Assembly (NCBI GenBank): GCA_951406725.2 | Contig: OX597829.1 | Coordinates: forward strand, 23,808,001 to 23,872,000 | Length of the DNA: 64,000 nt | Reading direction: 5' to 3' | Source of the DNA: Octopus vulgaris | Lineage: Eukaryota | Part shown: piece by piece, positions 39,100 through 52,845 of the stretch | Layout of the letters: every line of letters begins with the position of its first letter | Position numbering within the stretch: the stretch's first letter is position 1 | Notes under the pieces: model-generated | Databases searched by the model: none | What the model saw: the letters and a program-made list of their open reading frames with translations, nothing else | Told to the model about the DNA's origin: nothing | Program-made: the position numbers and the translations under genes

Positions 39100-41800
39100 A
39101 ACATCTTTCCTTCCGATATATAAGTTTCTTATTGTCTTTTTAATTGACTGATACTGTTATTTCCTTTTTTTTTTATTCTTATTTATTCTAATGCAGCTGT
39201 TCGAATTAGGGTGACATAACATCGAAGTCCTTTGTAGCCCTGTTTCTCTAATTAAATCTATTATCAGCTGCAAAGGTACAAAATTGAAACCCTACCTTCG
39301 TCCCGAAATACACACACGTGTGTGCGCTCTCTCTCTCTCTCTCTCTCACACGCACACACACTTGTTTCTTTCTCCTATTACTGTGGTGTAAGGTTACAGA
39401 TCGGGTTACCCTTTATAATTAAAGCAGTGACAACAAATGATAAAGCAAACTGATATTTACAGTTACTACCTTACATGTGTATCACTCTCCTGCCGCCGCC
39501 GCCGCCACTCACTTACATGTAAGCTCTTTATCACACACACACATACACACACATACTCTCACTCTCTCTCTCTCTCAAATATCTCTGTCTAACTCTATCC
39601 TTCTCCTCTTTCTTTACTTTCGTAAACCACTGTGAAGCCATCATTGACAGTGTGTGCGTGTGTTTCAGAAATGCCTACGTAGTAAAACAAAAGATTAGGC
39701 AAAAACAAAAACAAAACAGAAAAAAGAAAAGAAAGAACAAGAAGGACGACTACTACGACGAAAATAAAACAAAACAAAACAAGTGTCAACACTTAAAAAA
39801 GAAAGACTGTCCACATGTCACATCACATAAATCACAGTCCAATTCAATATGTTGCTACTATTTTATCAACCAATTTACCAAACCAAACAACTCCAAGCGC
39901 CTTACCAGAAATGTGAAATCGGTGGAAGAGAAGAAAAAATAAATACAAGGTTTTTCGGAATGTTCTGTGACATTTAATGGAATATTATGAAGTCCATTGT
40001 TTTACCCTCCTTTATGCAAATATCACTTTTGAAATGGGACGACCATTCAAAAAACGAGACAAATAGTGGTGGAATATAAAATAAAAAGAAAAGACCTGTC
40101 GCTTCACAGGTTCATTTGTTTCGTGAAGGTGTATATAGAAAGAAGAAAAACAAGAGACAAAAAGAAATAGGGAAACCAAACCAACAAGTGCTTTCTATTA
40201 TACACATATTCTGTTTTCTTTCTTGTTCTTTCGACAAGATACTATTATTTAATACGTATTACGCGCCGAGTTTTTTGGATTTGGTCACACCTGGATTTAC
40301 TTGTTTATGGTGTGCCGGTTTATTTCGCCTAAACCCTTTCAGTTATGGTGAGTTTTTATTTCATTACATCAAAACACCCTGTAACTCGCCCTTCCCTAAT
40401 TACTTAAAAGGTTTCCCCGAAGCAGAAGTAGAGAGAAACAGAGAGAGAGAGAGAGAAGCAAAGAGAGAGAGAGAGAGAGAGAGAGAACGAATGAAAGAGG
40501 GAGAAATAAGAAGGGAAATTAAAGGAGCGAGTAACGTATGTATGTGTTTGTGTATATACACACACACACACATTAATCGTACTGTCTACCCTTTTTTTTT
40601 TTTCTCAATAGTTCACTTGGATTGACTGTTAAACTATCGACTGTTAGTCATCGAATCCAGCAGTTGTTAAGGTGTGTGCTAAAGAAAAAGCAAAAAGAAA
40701 GGTGTAGAAGAGTACAGAGAAAGAGTTACAGAGTTAAATAAATGGCTTTCTCATTTTCTTGTTAACAGGTCTTGCTTGGGAAGTAGTTGCTACTGAATGT
40801 TTGTGTGGAGGTGGTGGTATGTAGAATCAGCTCGTGTTATTGTTTTCATTCTATAAACAGACTAGGTTTCAAAGTTAAATTTGCTGCTATACACCTAAAC
40901 AGACCTGACTACCTGTCTTACTTTCTTTCCTTTCTGTTCTTCTGACAACTGACGAAATATTAAAATTTTTTCCTTCACCCTCTTTTCTCCGATATTGTTA
41001 TTTGCTGTATTTCATTTATTTATTTCCCCTTCTGTCTTGTGTTTTCTCCCGAGCTCAGTTTAATGAGCAGAGAAATAAGTGGTTTTCTTTCAGTTTTAAC
41101 TTAATCAAACAATGACAGCACCCTTCCCTTCCACTATACCCTTATATTTCTGAACATCCCCCCGAAGATATAAGGTTGCTTAGAGAAGAACGAAAGAAAG
41201 TAACCCCTTTTCACAAACCACTTATGTTGTTTTGTAGTGATGTAATAACATGTTAGAATCTTCACCCACCAACACTTATTTACACACGCATACATGTGTG
41301 TGTACGTTTGTATCGTACATTTCCCCCACTGCTCTTTTATGTTCAGTCAGCAATTGTCAGCAATTAAAACTACCACCTCCTCCATCCTCTTCACTTAGTA
41401 AGTTTCTCTTTGCACCAAATTACTACTTTAGCAACTTAAAGGCATTCATTGTAAGACAGAAAAGAAAAGCTTCTTTACAGTATGTTGACATATGTGGCTC
41501 TCTTTTCTTTTGTCAAATTTCACCTTCGAGAAAGTTACATTAAATAATAATATTTGTATTGTACCATGGCAGGGTCGTGTATTTCAACACTATTTAAAAT
41601 ACTCACATGCTGTTATAGTCACTTATTCTGCTAATCGAAGCCTTTTCTTTCGTCTTTTGCATGTGCAATAAGTGAATATCTTAACAGTGTTACGTTTTAA
41701 ATGGCTAAATATAACTATCGTGGAATTGCTTGTTTCAACACACACTCTCAGATCAAATATCACTTATCAAGCTGAAGAATTGTAATAACATTCTGTTGGA
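39100..41800. promoter_or_regulatory. Repeat-poor putative promoter / first-exon region
   Basis: No SINEs over about 2.7 kb, CpGs retained, (GCC)n and GA tracts, octamer ATGCAAAT at about 40014, and splice donors on both strands. Confidence 0.35.
40769..40816 (+). other. Candidate 48-nt exon (probably 5' UTR)
   Basis: Acceptor ttttcttgttaacag|G and donor GTG|gtatgt. An upstream donor ATG|gtgagt lies at 40347. Confidence 0.3.
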
Positions 41801-42049
41801 CTCTAGCTAGTTTTGTCTGGACTTCTTACTCTCTATATGGATGATTCTGTCTTTAGATAAAACTGAGAACCTTTCTTTTATTTACTTAATAGTAACATTG
41901 ATGCGTTTTTTTTCTTCTTCATATGTTTGCCAGCCAAAAATACTCAAATATACTTTTTTCTTAAATTCCAGCTTTAAATATATTGCGTTGTCGATATTGT
42001 ATATATGGTGTAGTTTCTTAAATTTTCACGAAGGATATATAATACAGGC

Positions 42050-42900
42050 TCATTCAAAGTAGAATCTCTTTCCTTGTGTCTCAAAGAACTTATTCCTTTT
42101 CACGACCAGAAAATATTTGAGCACTCTACCTCTGATATCTGACAAGTTCCTACTGTCTAGGAGCAACAAATATCCGAGTCCATATCAAAAAGTGGACTGT
42201 TTTACTTATTGGCAAAGGATTCATTAACTAACAACCATATTTTCTAATATCGTCTACCATAGGACTATTACTGAACCTTCTTTTTTTCCCTTCCTTCTCT
42301 TTCTCTACGAAAAAAAAAAAAAAACAGTCCAAAACGTTGGATTCTCACTTTCAGTATCACAGTGCAAAGTTAATTACTTCGTGCTGTTGTTAGTTTCTGA
42401 AATATTTATTGGATATATTACCAACACCGGTATACAAACTCACTGTTTCTTCTCTCTGTCCTTTCTGTTACTACTAGAATGAACGCTGGGTCATTTCAGC
42501 CAAGTTTAACAGGGATCTATCGGTTATATTCCAAGATCTTTTTCAAAGTTTCACCATTTATTTCTGTGAGATATTTCCTGAACATTTCATTCTCATAGGT
42601 TAAGCCAAATTGAGGATTTGTGCAAACATTTTTAATTTTTGAATTTCTCCCTTTTTAAAGGCCTAAAATTTCAAATAACATTTATTCCATGCCTTGGGGG
42701 AAACGATTTCCTCTATCTCTACTAGAAACTATATACTATCTCAAACCTTGCGTACTGATGTACCTGTTTCCCTCTTATATCTGTTGTTTCTTCTATATTC
42801 ATTCCATATTAAGCGTTTTTACCAAATCTTTCTTCAGCCAGAATGTCATCTGCCTCTCCCCCAAGGACACCTATCAATGTTTTTTTTTTTGTCTACAATA
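42050..42900 (-). mobile_element. Possible very old CR1/L2 reverse transcriptase remnant
   Basis: Scattered minus-strand motifs ADDI, EKDLGI and KGISSLRHKER in the expected order, heavily frameshifted. Confidence 0.3.
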
Positions 42901-42959
42901 TGTTTCAACTTCTTTGAAAATCCTTTTAAGATGGTTTGACACAGGTGTAAGGAGCAAAC

Positions 42960-43450
42960 AAAACAAAGTTAATTTTTTAACTCCATCAGTGCAGTGTAGC
43001 TATCAGAGTTCAAACTTTGTTTGGTGTTTCATCTTCATACATTCCAATACAGTCTTGAAAGAGCAAGCCTGTGGTATAAGCACAAACCAGATGGCATTGT
43101 AGAAGATGACTTTATGGTACAATGTGAGCGTAAAATTGAACACTACAAACCAGATATTATAATGGTTAACAAACTGTTTTATTTTAGATGTAGCTTGTCC
43201 ACCTGACTGTAAGGTTTGTGACAAAGAATTTAAGTTGATTGAGAGATATGAACTCTAGCATGGCAGATAAAACATTTGTGGGTAATGGAAAAAGTTGAGG
43301 TGGTCCCGATTGTAATCAGAACATTTGGTACTGTAAGCACTAGAATTGAAAATTATTAAAAAAAAACAGTGGGCAATATCAGTGTGGGGCACTTACAGAA
43401 AACAGCACTCCTTGGAACTGTCAGAATACTTAGAAATGTGCTTGACAATT
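42960..43450 (+). mobile_element. R4/Dong-like RLE retrotransposon 3' remnant
   Basis: WYKHKPDGIVEDDFMVQCERKIEHYKPDIIMV, FILDVACP, KVEVVPIVIRTFGTV and KTALLGTVRILRNVL. Confidence 0.8.
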
Positions 43451-43547
43451 GAAGGTATCACCTCAGTCCACTGATTGTCAACAGTTGGCACCTGTATTAC
43501 ATCACTAACAACAATTGCTGTGACAAGCAGACTAATTATAATAATAA

Positions 43548-44517
43548 AACAAGAGCACTCAGTGCAAACCTCCGCCAAGGCAACACCAATGTCCTCTCAA
43601 TGATTAGCCAGAGATGATTTTTAAAATGAGAACATCTGAAATAAACTTGACTGCTCTCACAAATGAGAATACTAAAAATGAACCCGACTGCTCTGAAAAA
43701 TTAACTAAAAGAAACTGGAAAAATAATCCAGAATCCTTGTCCATTCCCTGATTGATCCCAATGGTAGTCATGGAATGTGAAGGTGGGTGTGTGGGCCATG
43801 TTTGTAATGCTGTGCGTGTCGTCTGCAGTGGGAACAGGGACAGTTTTCTCTATGAAGGCCTTTTTTTAGTCTATCCACTGATATAGTGTCTTTACAACCA
43901 TTAAGGTCTATAGTGAAAAAAAACAAACGGCCTGCATATGGTCAACAGCATTGCACACAAAAACGTGAGTCGAATAAGTAAAGCTTCCTTCAAGGCAGAG
44001 CTAGAAATGCAATTGTCAAGTAGGTAAGAGGTTTTAAACAGGAGTGATATATTAAAAAATTGGTAAAACTCAAAATTGTCGAGGATAAATTAAGTTTATT
44101 TTTGTTACTGAATATGTTAGTGTTATTTCTGTAGTTTGATTTCTTTATCCAACAGTTTCTACTAAGAGATGTGAGTAAAATTAACAGAGAAATGAAACTA
44201 AACTTTGGAAACTGCAATGCCATCATAACTTACGTGGAAACCATGAGTGTGCTTTCAAGGGAGATAATCAGAGAAAAACTTGAAAGTCAACGTAAGATTG
44301 TAATACTTCATGTAAAGTAAATATAACAAATAATCCAGAATCCTTGTCCGGTACCAGATTGATTCCAAAATCTAATCAGTTTGTGCCAGTCATAAGGACA
44401 AACATCCCTGAAAGTTTCATTCAAATCCATCCTGCAGTTCTTGAGATATCTTGTTCATGGACAAATACACACAGACTGAAAACAATATCTCCACCTTCGC
44501 TAAGGCTGAGGTAATAA
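43548..44517 (+). mobile_element. Helentron-associated (HINE/DINE-like) element with an internal insertion
   Basis: 5' aacaagagcactc...acctccgccaagg and 3' hairpin ctccacctt..aaggctgaggtaataa. aataatccagaatccttgtcc is duplicated at about 43723 and 44330. Confidence 0.6.
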
Positions 44518-46052
44518 CAACATCAACAATTGTTTCCAGCAAAGATACAACGCCTGAGATTTTGGGGTAGGGTTTAGTTATGTCTACCCCAGACCATTGC
44601 TTTATATAACCCTGATGGAATTGAAAGGCATAGTTACCTTGACAGAATTTGAACTCAATGTAAAGAACTGCAATAAATGGTGCAATGCATTTTGCCTGAC
44701 ACTCTAACAATTTTGTCTTGTCATAAGAATGATTTAAATATGCCAAAAGCCAGATATTTTAAAATTTTCTTGTGGGAACAGGGAAGGACAAATTCACTGG
44801 TTATATGAACCCTTATATATCACTGATACTTTATTTTAAAAGCACCTGTAGGATGAAAGGACAAAAATGACCATGTCAAGATTTGAACTCAGATTGTAAA
44901 GAGCCATAGCATTTTGTTCTTACTCTACCCATTCTTTGTTTTATGCTCTCCTAATCCTACCTCCATCACTGTATTGTTGGTTTGTGTCCATAACCTTTGA
45001 CCATTTTTCCCAACCAAGGGTTTTTTAATCCAGTATATATTATTGGCTACTATTTGTAGCTGTATCTACTTCAAGACTCACCCTTAAAATGATTTAACCT
45101 TAGTACCAACCCACCCCAAACTGCTCTCAGTTCCATGATATAAATTTCCTCTTTTATAATTATCTAAATTAGAACCTGGCATCAAAATTTCATCAGCATA
45201 ATAACAAAGTTACTTCACAAAATTCTTCATTAATTTTGCAAATCAGTTGAGGTAAAGTATATTTCAATAGAAATATGGTAACAAAAGGGTCAATAATGAA
45301 TAGGGACTAAAAGATTTTTAATGCTACAAATTGATGCATATAGAAAATTATACTCTTGGGTTTTTGTTCAAAGTTCTGCCATGCGGCACACATATCTCCA
45401 GACTTTACAACATGTAGTTCCATTCTACAGAGATGTGATGTAAATGTTATTCCCAAACTTTAAATTCCACAATGGACATTGTTGCCTTTTATCCATGTGT
45501 GGTTAATAAAAGTAATACCAGTGTTGTACTGAGGTCTATTTATACAATATTACCATCTTTCTTATAAATTTGTGGCTTTCTGCCACAGTAAGAAATCTTT
45601 GTGCTAAACCAGTCCTACTACAAAAGGTAAAGTTCCCATTATGCAAACCATGTCAAGTACCAGTCGAACAAACAATTTGGAAACAGTTTTCTTCTAGACA
45701 ATAAACAAGATAATTGTTATCAAAATGCTGATATTTAAAAATTTTTTTAATGTTTTGCTTATATTTCATCAGCATTTTAAATAAATCCAAATTTCACTGC
45801 TACTGTGGAACTTGTGTTACCATTTTTAGGAAAACAATATAAGCATTGTCTGTCAACATTTTTTGTTGTTGTTGTTTTAAATTAATTTTTAGGCCAATTA
45901 TGTAATTCAATTCTTGAAGTTTTCCTTTTATATTTAGGGGAAAACAATACTGTTGGAAAGTGCTATGATCATTGTTATTTCAAGTTAACAACTGATGAAA
46001 AGAGCATCCCCTGCAGTGCCAGCTGTATTACACACACACACACACACACGCA

Positions 46053-46682
46053 TCTTTTATCTAGTCTTAGTCATTGGGCTGTGGCCATGCTGGGGCACCA
46101 CCTTAAAGGGCTTAGTCAAACAAATCAACCTCCAGTACTTATTTTTTTAACCCCAGTACTTATTCCATTGGTCTGTTTTGCTAAACCACAAAGTTACCGA
46201 GACATAAGCTAACACCACTTGGGGGAGAAAGATAAGAACACATACACATAGATATGTACATACATATATAGTTTGCTGCTCTGTTAAGGTAAGATCAACA
46301 AAAAAACACCATCCGAGCGTGGCCGTCTGCCAGCCTCGTCTGGCACCTGTGTACTGTATAAAGATGAGAACTACAAATAGTTTATGAAGACATGTGGCTA
46401 GACAGCTTTTTATACTGTCCCTTTTTTCTCCAAACCCTGAATATTGCTTCAAGACATGTGTTATAAAATCCTGCCTAACTACATGTCTTCATAGCAAGAA
46501 ACTATTAGTTCTCATCTTTATACAGTTTACATTAACTGATATATGTATATATACTCAATGAGGTTCTTTCAGTTTCTGTCTACCAAATCCTCTCACAATG
46601 CTTTGGTCAGCCCAGGGCTATAGTAGAAGATACTTGCCCAAGGTTCCATGCAGTGGAACTCAACCAGGAGCTATTTGGTTGG
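46053..46682 (-). mobile_element. SINE A hosting nested inserts
   Basis: A tail and head flank about 46270-46540. Confidence 0.75.
46354..46525. mobile_element. Palindromic MITE
   Basis: ctgtataaagatgagaacta..atgaagacatgt / acatgtcttcat..tagttctcatctttatacag. Confidence 0.8.
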
Positions 46683-47258
46683 GATTATATAAATAGAGAG
46701 AGAGTGGGGTCAGTGTCATGTAATAATGACTATCATGCGGTTAATTGCCATTGCCACTTTTTGTTAAACTCCTATAGAATATTAAAGCATTTTTCTTCTA
46801 AGATTTTCTGATAAGTATGGCATCTACAAGCATTTTCCTCTTGTATTTTGTGCTGAAGAGTATGTTAAGTGTTACCAATTTGATATCCACTCCTCCCGCT
46901 CTTCTGTCGTTAATATTTTATCGACCACAGAAACATGTAAAGTTTAGTGTTTACATCAATAATTGATATTCCATGAAGATCAAGTGAAACCCACTACAAA
47001 AATATTGCTCCTACAACGGGAGTATTAAGTTGCTCCATTTTGTATTGGTCCAGTTCACACATCTGTAAATGGCTAACCCTGCAGTGGACTGGTGTTCTGT
47101 TGAGAAGGAATAGTTGGTCTGCCTATTTAGTGGGGTTGCATCATTCAAAGCTGAAATAATGTAAAGTACATTGCGACTAGCACTGCATAACATCTCATAG
47201 TCTGGTTGATATTGCAATACACACACACACATACATGTATGTGTGTATATGGTATGAA

Positions 47259-47290
<32 letters not shown>

Positions 47291-47291
<1 letters not shown>

Positions 47292-47596
47292 GGAGGCACA
47301 TGGCCTAGTGGTTAGAGCAGCGGACTTGCAGTCGAGGGATTGCAGGTTTGAATCTCAGACCGGGCGATGTGTGTGTTTACGAGTGAAACACCTAAGCTCC
47401 ATGCAGCTCCGGCAGAAGGTGATGGCGAAACTTCTGCTGATTCTTTCGCCACAATTTTTTCTTTCACTCTTTCCTCTTGCATCTTGCAGCTCACCTGTGA
47501 TGGACCAGTGTCCCATCCAGGTGGGGAATCTATATGCCAAGGAAACTGGGAAACCGGCCCTATGAGCCAGGAGTGGCTCGAGAAGGAACAAACAAA
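47291..47596 (+). mobile_element. SINE family C, full length
   Basis: tRNA head (A box tggcctagtgg, B box ggtttgaatctc) and (aaca)n tail. Copies at 55413 (5' part only), 57458 and 60503. Confidence 0.9.
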
Positions 47597-49219
47597 TATG
47601 TATATATTGGGTGGGTGGTTGGTTGGTTGGTTGGTTCTTTCTTTTTTTCTAAATAGCAGAAGTTGCAAACTGACTCACGGGCTGGAAGATTAGTACTGTG
47701 CACAAAACTCAGCTAAGTAGGCGACCACAAGGTGATTCTTCCTTCACTTGTCTATGGAGGATCATTCAATTCTATTAAAACCATTTGCCATAATGGTGAT
47801 AGAAATGGTTAATATATGGTCACAGAGTTTAGTCTAAGTTTCATAGGCAGACTTGGACTCAGCACTGCAAATTAATAAAACACTTATTGGTTACACAGTG
47901 CTCCTGCCACTTTATTTTTGAAATGAGCATCAGGAAACTGAAGATCTTACAGTTCAGTTTTGATTCACAGTTGCAGCTATTTATTTTCATAACCATTTTT
48001 GAATAACTTTTATAATGTCTTTATTCTAAAGACCAATCACCCAATGATGGATATTATTAATTACCTACAGACAGAAATCTCATCCATCTTGATTCATAAT
48101 CTTTCTTGCAGTAAGTGTTTACATAGTTGCCTGACCTGCTAAAAACAACGACTAAATCTCCCTCAAACCAGACCCTTACTGTCTTAGGTGGGAGGGGGAA
48201 ACATTTGAAAATGTTATCGTGGTTTCTCTGTACAGAGGTAAAAGGTGGGATGATCACAGCTAGATTGCCTTTGATCATATACATCTGCTGGATGAGGGTG
48301 GTTCACAAGTGTGTTGTGTATCTTCTTTATTTCTGTTATCATTATTACAGTGGTTCCACTGACTCTGTCAGTGAAAACAAAAGTTGCTTCTTTTCTTCAC
48401 CTTCTCCCTTCAATCCTATTGATTCTGAGCCTTTAGATCCTTGTTGCCCTATTGTTTCTAACTTCTAAACCAAGTGTACCATAAGGAATTACCTACCCTC
48501 AATCCTCTAGTTTCTCACTTCACAAAAAAACTTGCATTAAGCACTTTGATCTTTATCTCCAGAGCTGCTATAGCATTCCCTTCGTCACACCTGTCTCTAA
48601 TTGTTTGTATGTTTGTCTCCCTCCCCTCTTGTTGATATTGACTTTAAAAAATTTTAAAAATTAACTCACCGACAAAGGTAAAACAGCTTTGTTCCCCAAC
48701 AACTCAGACTAAAATCTAAACAAACATGCTATTTATAATATTTTGAGAAAATATGAAGCAGTCACAGTTAAAAATCCATTCCTGAAATATATGCCATTGT
48801 AATTCTAATCAGGAGAAAAATTCTTTGTTTAAATCAAAATCTATGAACAACTGGAATGTTTGTCATAAGTCTAAGCTACTCAACAAAGAGTTGTTGTTGA
48901 TTATTATTCTTATTATTGTATTTTAACCTTTAGACTATCAACTTGTATTTAAAACAAAATGACCTTGTTTTATGATCTAAATCACGACTGAAAATATATT
49001 TTATAAATAAAATTGATTTTGATTTTCTTTTTTATTGTGTTTATGTTATATCATACTTAAAACAGGTTTTGCTCTTTTGCCTTTAACGTCATTTAATGTC
49101 CATTTTCAATTCTGTCATAGATTAGATGGTTCAGTAAGAGGATTGACCCCCCAAGCTCCAGTATCTGCTTTGGTATGGTTTCTATAGCTTGATGCTCTTA
49201 CTATTACCAACCACTTTAC

Positions 49220-49257
<38 letters not shown>

Positions 49258-49289
49258 TGTATCAGTATCTCTTTCTCCTGTACACTCAA

Positions 49290-49625
49290 GCACATTGGGC
49301 AGCAAGTTAAGAAACCACTGGTTTCTGCTGGTTGCAATTTTCTCAACCTCCACCCTTGTAGTATTGGCTTCTTGTCAGTTCCTCTCTTTCATTTTCCCTC
49401 TTGTGGTGTCCATTTGAAAGCTGTTTTAGACTGTCATTGTTCTGGCAGCCTGAGTATGTTAGTTTTAATTGTTGTTCTGTGAAGATTTCGCTAAATGGTC
49501 TTTTATTGGTTTTCTTTAGAATATCTTCATTGTTTATGTGGTCTTGCCAGTATGTTCTCTCAGTCCTTTCCAAGCAGCTTTGGTGGAACATGACTAGCTT
49601 TCTGTCAATCCCATATCTCCAAAGT
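49290..49625 (-). mobile_element. Decayed RTE LINE fragment
   Basis: FHQSCLERTERTYWQDHINNEDILKK resembles FHQRCLRxILxIxWQDxIxNEEVL. Confidence 0.7.
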
Positions 49626-50069
49626 GTACAAGAATTTTTTTTCTTTTTTCTTTTTACACAGTACTAATGAAATTGTCCTGTACTGAAAATATAAATGATG
49701 TTCCTAGTATTTAAAAACATTTTTAGCACTTTATAAAAAGCCCAATCTGTCCAGTAGTGTTGGGAAGGTGTGGAAGTATGAACCCTATTGGATGGCTGAC
49801 ACCATGCAAATGAGGGTGTTGGAGAAAATGTGCCACTAATGTGTGCTATACTTTAGTTAGGTGACTGCAGAACAAGCAATCTGGTTCTTGAGCAGATGGG
49901 AAGTGGAACAAACATTAGCAGAGATGATGATCAGGCAGTGAACTTGTAATATTTCGACCATGATAACATGGCCTAGAACCTCTTTGGCAGTATACTTGGA
50001 AGCTGGTGGGATGGAAAATGGGTACATGAGAAATAATGATAAAGATGGAATGATGAGATCAAGAACTGG

Positions 50070-50390
50070 ACAGGGAGGATCCTGGTGGAATGTACAGTGT
50101 AATGTAGCATGAGATGAAGGTGTGGGGTGGGGTTATGCTTGAGGCTCAAGGGAGGACTCTGATGCAATGTATAGCTGTAGTATGAGATCAATGTGTGGTT
50201 AAGAGTGGGGATTATGTTTAAAGCTCAGTGGAGGACCCAGGTCAAATGCACAGCTTTGGCATGAGATAACAGTGTGAGTGAGAAGGGTTGGCAGTGTTTG
50301 TGAATCCCAGAGGAGGTGTGTGCAGCTACAGCATGCAGACCACTGTGTTTGGTGAGGAGTGAAAGTGGCAGTGATGGGGTTATGTCAAAG
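50070..50390. repeat. Diverged ~79-bp tandem repeat, 4 copies
   Basis: ggagga...aatg(t/c)a(c/t)ag...g(c/t)atgagat...gtgtg recurs at about 50073, 50150, 50229 and 50310. Confidence 0.7.
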
Positions 50391-50859
50391 CTCCCAACCT
50401 TCCGCTACTAGGATGGCTGTACTCATTCAGTACAATAAAGAAGATATTTCCAATTAACTGTTATAATCTGCACAATTCAAAGACACTGAAAGTGGTGAGC
50501 TATCTAACTGCCTGTTTGTGTATTTATGTATGTGTGTATATGCCAGCAGTGGAATTTGTGATGAGATGAAATAGCTAATGTCTTAAGCAAGGTCTTTCAT
50601 GAATTTATTGGCTTTTTTTTCTACTTAACATTGATTTATAGACTAGCTAAGTGGCATATAATTATTATATGATGATTATTCTCATGCAAACTACTTGTTT
50701 CCAATAACGAACAACAAACATTAAGAAGATAACTACAAGGTCACTTGGCCAGGTAGAAATAGCTACAAAATCACCCTCAAATCATGTCTCAACAATACTC
50801 TAAATCATACTCTAAACAACAACAAAAAAATGGTGGGTAAAAAGAAATTAGATTATATT

Positions 50860-51093
50860 CTTATTTCTTTATTGCCCACAAGGGGCTAAACATAGAGGGG
50901 ACAAACAAGGACAGACAAAGGGATTAAGTCAATTACATTGACTCCAGTGCGTAACTGGTACTTAATTTATCGACCCCAAAAGGATGAAAGGCAAAGTCGA
51001 CCTCAGCGGAATTTGAACTCAGAACCTAATGGCTGATGAAATATTGCTAAGCATTTTGCCTGGCATGCTAACGTTTCTGCCAGCTCGCCACCT
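50860..51093 (-). mobile_element. SINE B monomer
   Basis: Flanked by the repeated aattagat(t/g)atattct. Confidence 0.85.
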
Positions 51094-51310
51094 TGTTTAA
51101 TTAGATGATATTCTCTTAGGTATGTAATGTTTGTTGAAACGGTTACAGTTGTATTGAAATTTGATCATAAATATTTATAGATTAATTCAAATTAGGGCAA
51201 CATAATTTTTACTAATTACTTGCTTTTGACTTATTTGGAAGTCTTGAATCCCAAATCACATTGTCCTTTGTTGTTTTTTTTATTAGTATTTTTTTTTTTG
51301 TATACAATGT

Positions 51311-52112
51311 AGGCACAGGTGTGGATGTGTGGTAAGAAATGTTAGCACGCCGGGCGAAATATGTAGCCATATTTCGTCTGCCGTTACGTTCCGAGTTCAA
51401 ATTCCACCAAGGTCGATTTTGCCTTTCATCCTTTCGGGGTCGATAAATTAAGTACCAGTTACACACTGGGGTCGATGTAATCAACTTAATCTGTTTGTGT
51501 GTCCTTGTTTGTCCTCTCTGTGTTTAGTCCCTTGTGGGTAATAAAGAAATAGGTATTTCGTCTGCCTCTACGTTCTGAGTTCAAATTCCGCCATGGTCGA
51601 CTTTGCCTTTCATCCTTTTGGGGGTCGATAAATTAAGTACCAGTTACACACTGGGGTCAATGTAATCGACTTAATCCCTTTGTCTGTCCTTGTTTGTCCC
51701 CTCTATGTTTAGCCCCTTGTGGGCAATGAAGAAATAAGAAACTTGCTTCCTAACTACATGGCTCTGGGTCCAGTCACACTGCGTGGCCCCTTGGGCAGGT
51801 GTCTTCTGCTATAGCCTCAGGCTGATCAAAGCCTTGTGAGTGGATTTAGAAAATGGAAGCTGGAAGTTGCCCATTATGCGTGTATGTGTATTTTTGTATC
51901 AGTGTTTGTCCCCCTACCACCGCTTGACAACTGGTGTTGGTGTGTTTACATCCTTGTAGCTTCAGCAAAAGGGACTGATAGAATTAGTATCAGACTTCAA
52001 CAAAAAAAAAAAAAGAATAAAAATACTGGGGTTGATTCATTTGACTGAAAATTCTTCAAGACATTGCCCCAACATGACCACAGTCTGACTGAAACAAGTA
52101 AAAGAATAAAAG
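51311..52112 (+). mobile_element. SINE A split by a SINE B dimer (about 51336-51740)
   Basis: A head tgtggtaagaa|B...aataagaa|acttgcttcc. Confidence 0.85.
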
Positions 52113-52453
52113 GATGTAATATTTTTTGTTGTTTTATTACATACCCCCATGTTTTTAATAATCATCATCAGAAACTAAATGGTTGTAATATTCATTTTAG
52201 TGCCTTATATATCCAGCTTTTGTCGGGGTATATTTAGGGTACTGATTCTAAATATACTATCAGTTTAGCCTTTTCTTTTCAAGACTTGGAAATACAGTGT
52301 ACCTCTTGTGGTACATCTGCCCACAGCTTTACAAATATGAGATTATTTTAACAGCATGTAATATTTAATCATCATATTAATATCATTAGTTCTGCATCAA
52401 TTCAGCAGATACCATTAATTAAGTAGATATCACCAAATCACTAACTAATAAAT

Positions 52454-52845
52454 TTATTACCTCTGCCAAGGAAGGAGGTTATGTTTTCATCGGTGTTGGT
52501 TTCCCGTCTGTGTGCAAAATAACTCAAAAAGTTGTGAATAGTATTTGATGAAACTTGCAGGAAAAGTTAGTAATGACACAAGGAATAGATGATGAAATTT
52601 TGGTAGTGATCCGGGGAATTTTGATGGATTCTGAAGGATTTTTCATTTGTTATATTTACTCTACATTACAATGTTTAGGTTCTTTGATTATCTCCCTTGA
52701 AAACACTTTCATCGTTTCCACATAACCTATGGTGGTGTTGCTGATTCCAAAGTTTATTTTCATTTCTCTATTAGTAATTTTACTTGCGTATCTATCTTAA
52801 AATTAGCTTGGTAGAGGTCTGCGCTCTCCGAGTGCTTTTCTAGTT
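52454..52845. mobile_element. Helentron-associated non-autonomous element
   Basis: ttattacctctgccaaggaaggaggt ... cttggtagaggtctgcgctctccgagtgcttttctagtt. Same terminal design as 43548, in reverse. Confidence 0.7.

Noticed and set aside
39906-39990. Signal-peptide-like minus frame (FRKTLYLFFLLFHRFHIS) ending at a phase-1 donor
   Set aside because: There is an in-frame stop upstream with no ATG between.
47291-47365. tRNA genes at the SINE heads
   Set aside because: They have no proper acceptor stem and run into SINE bodies in many copies.
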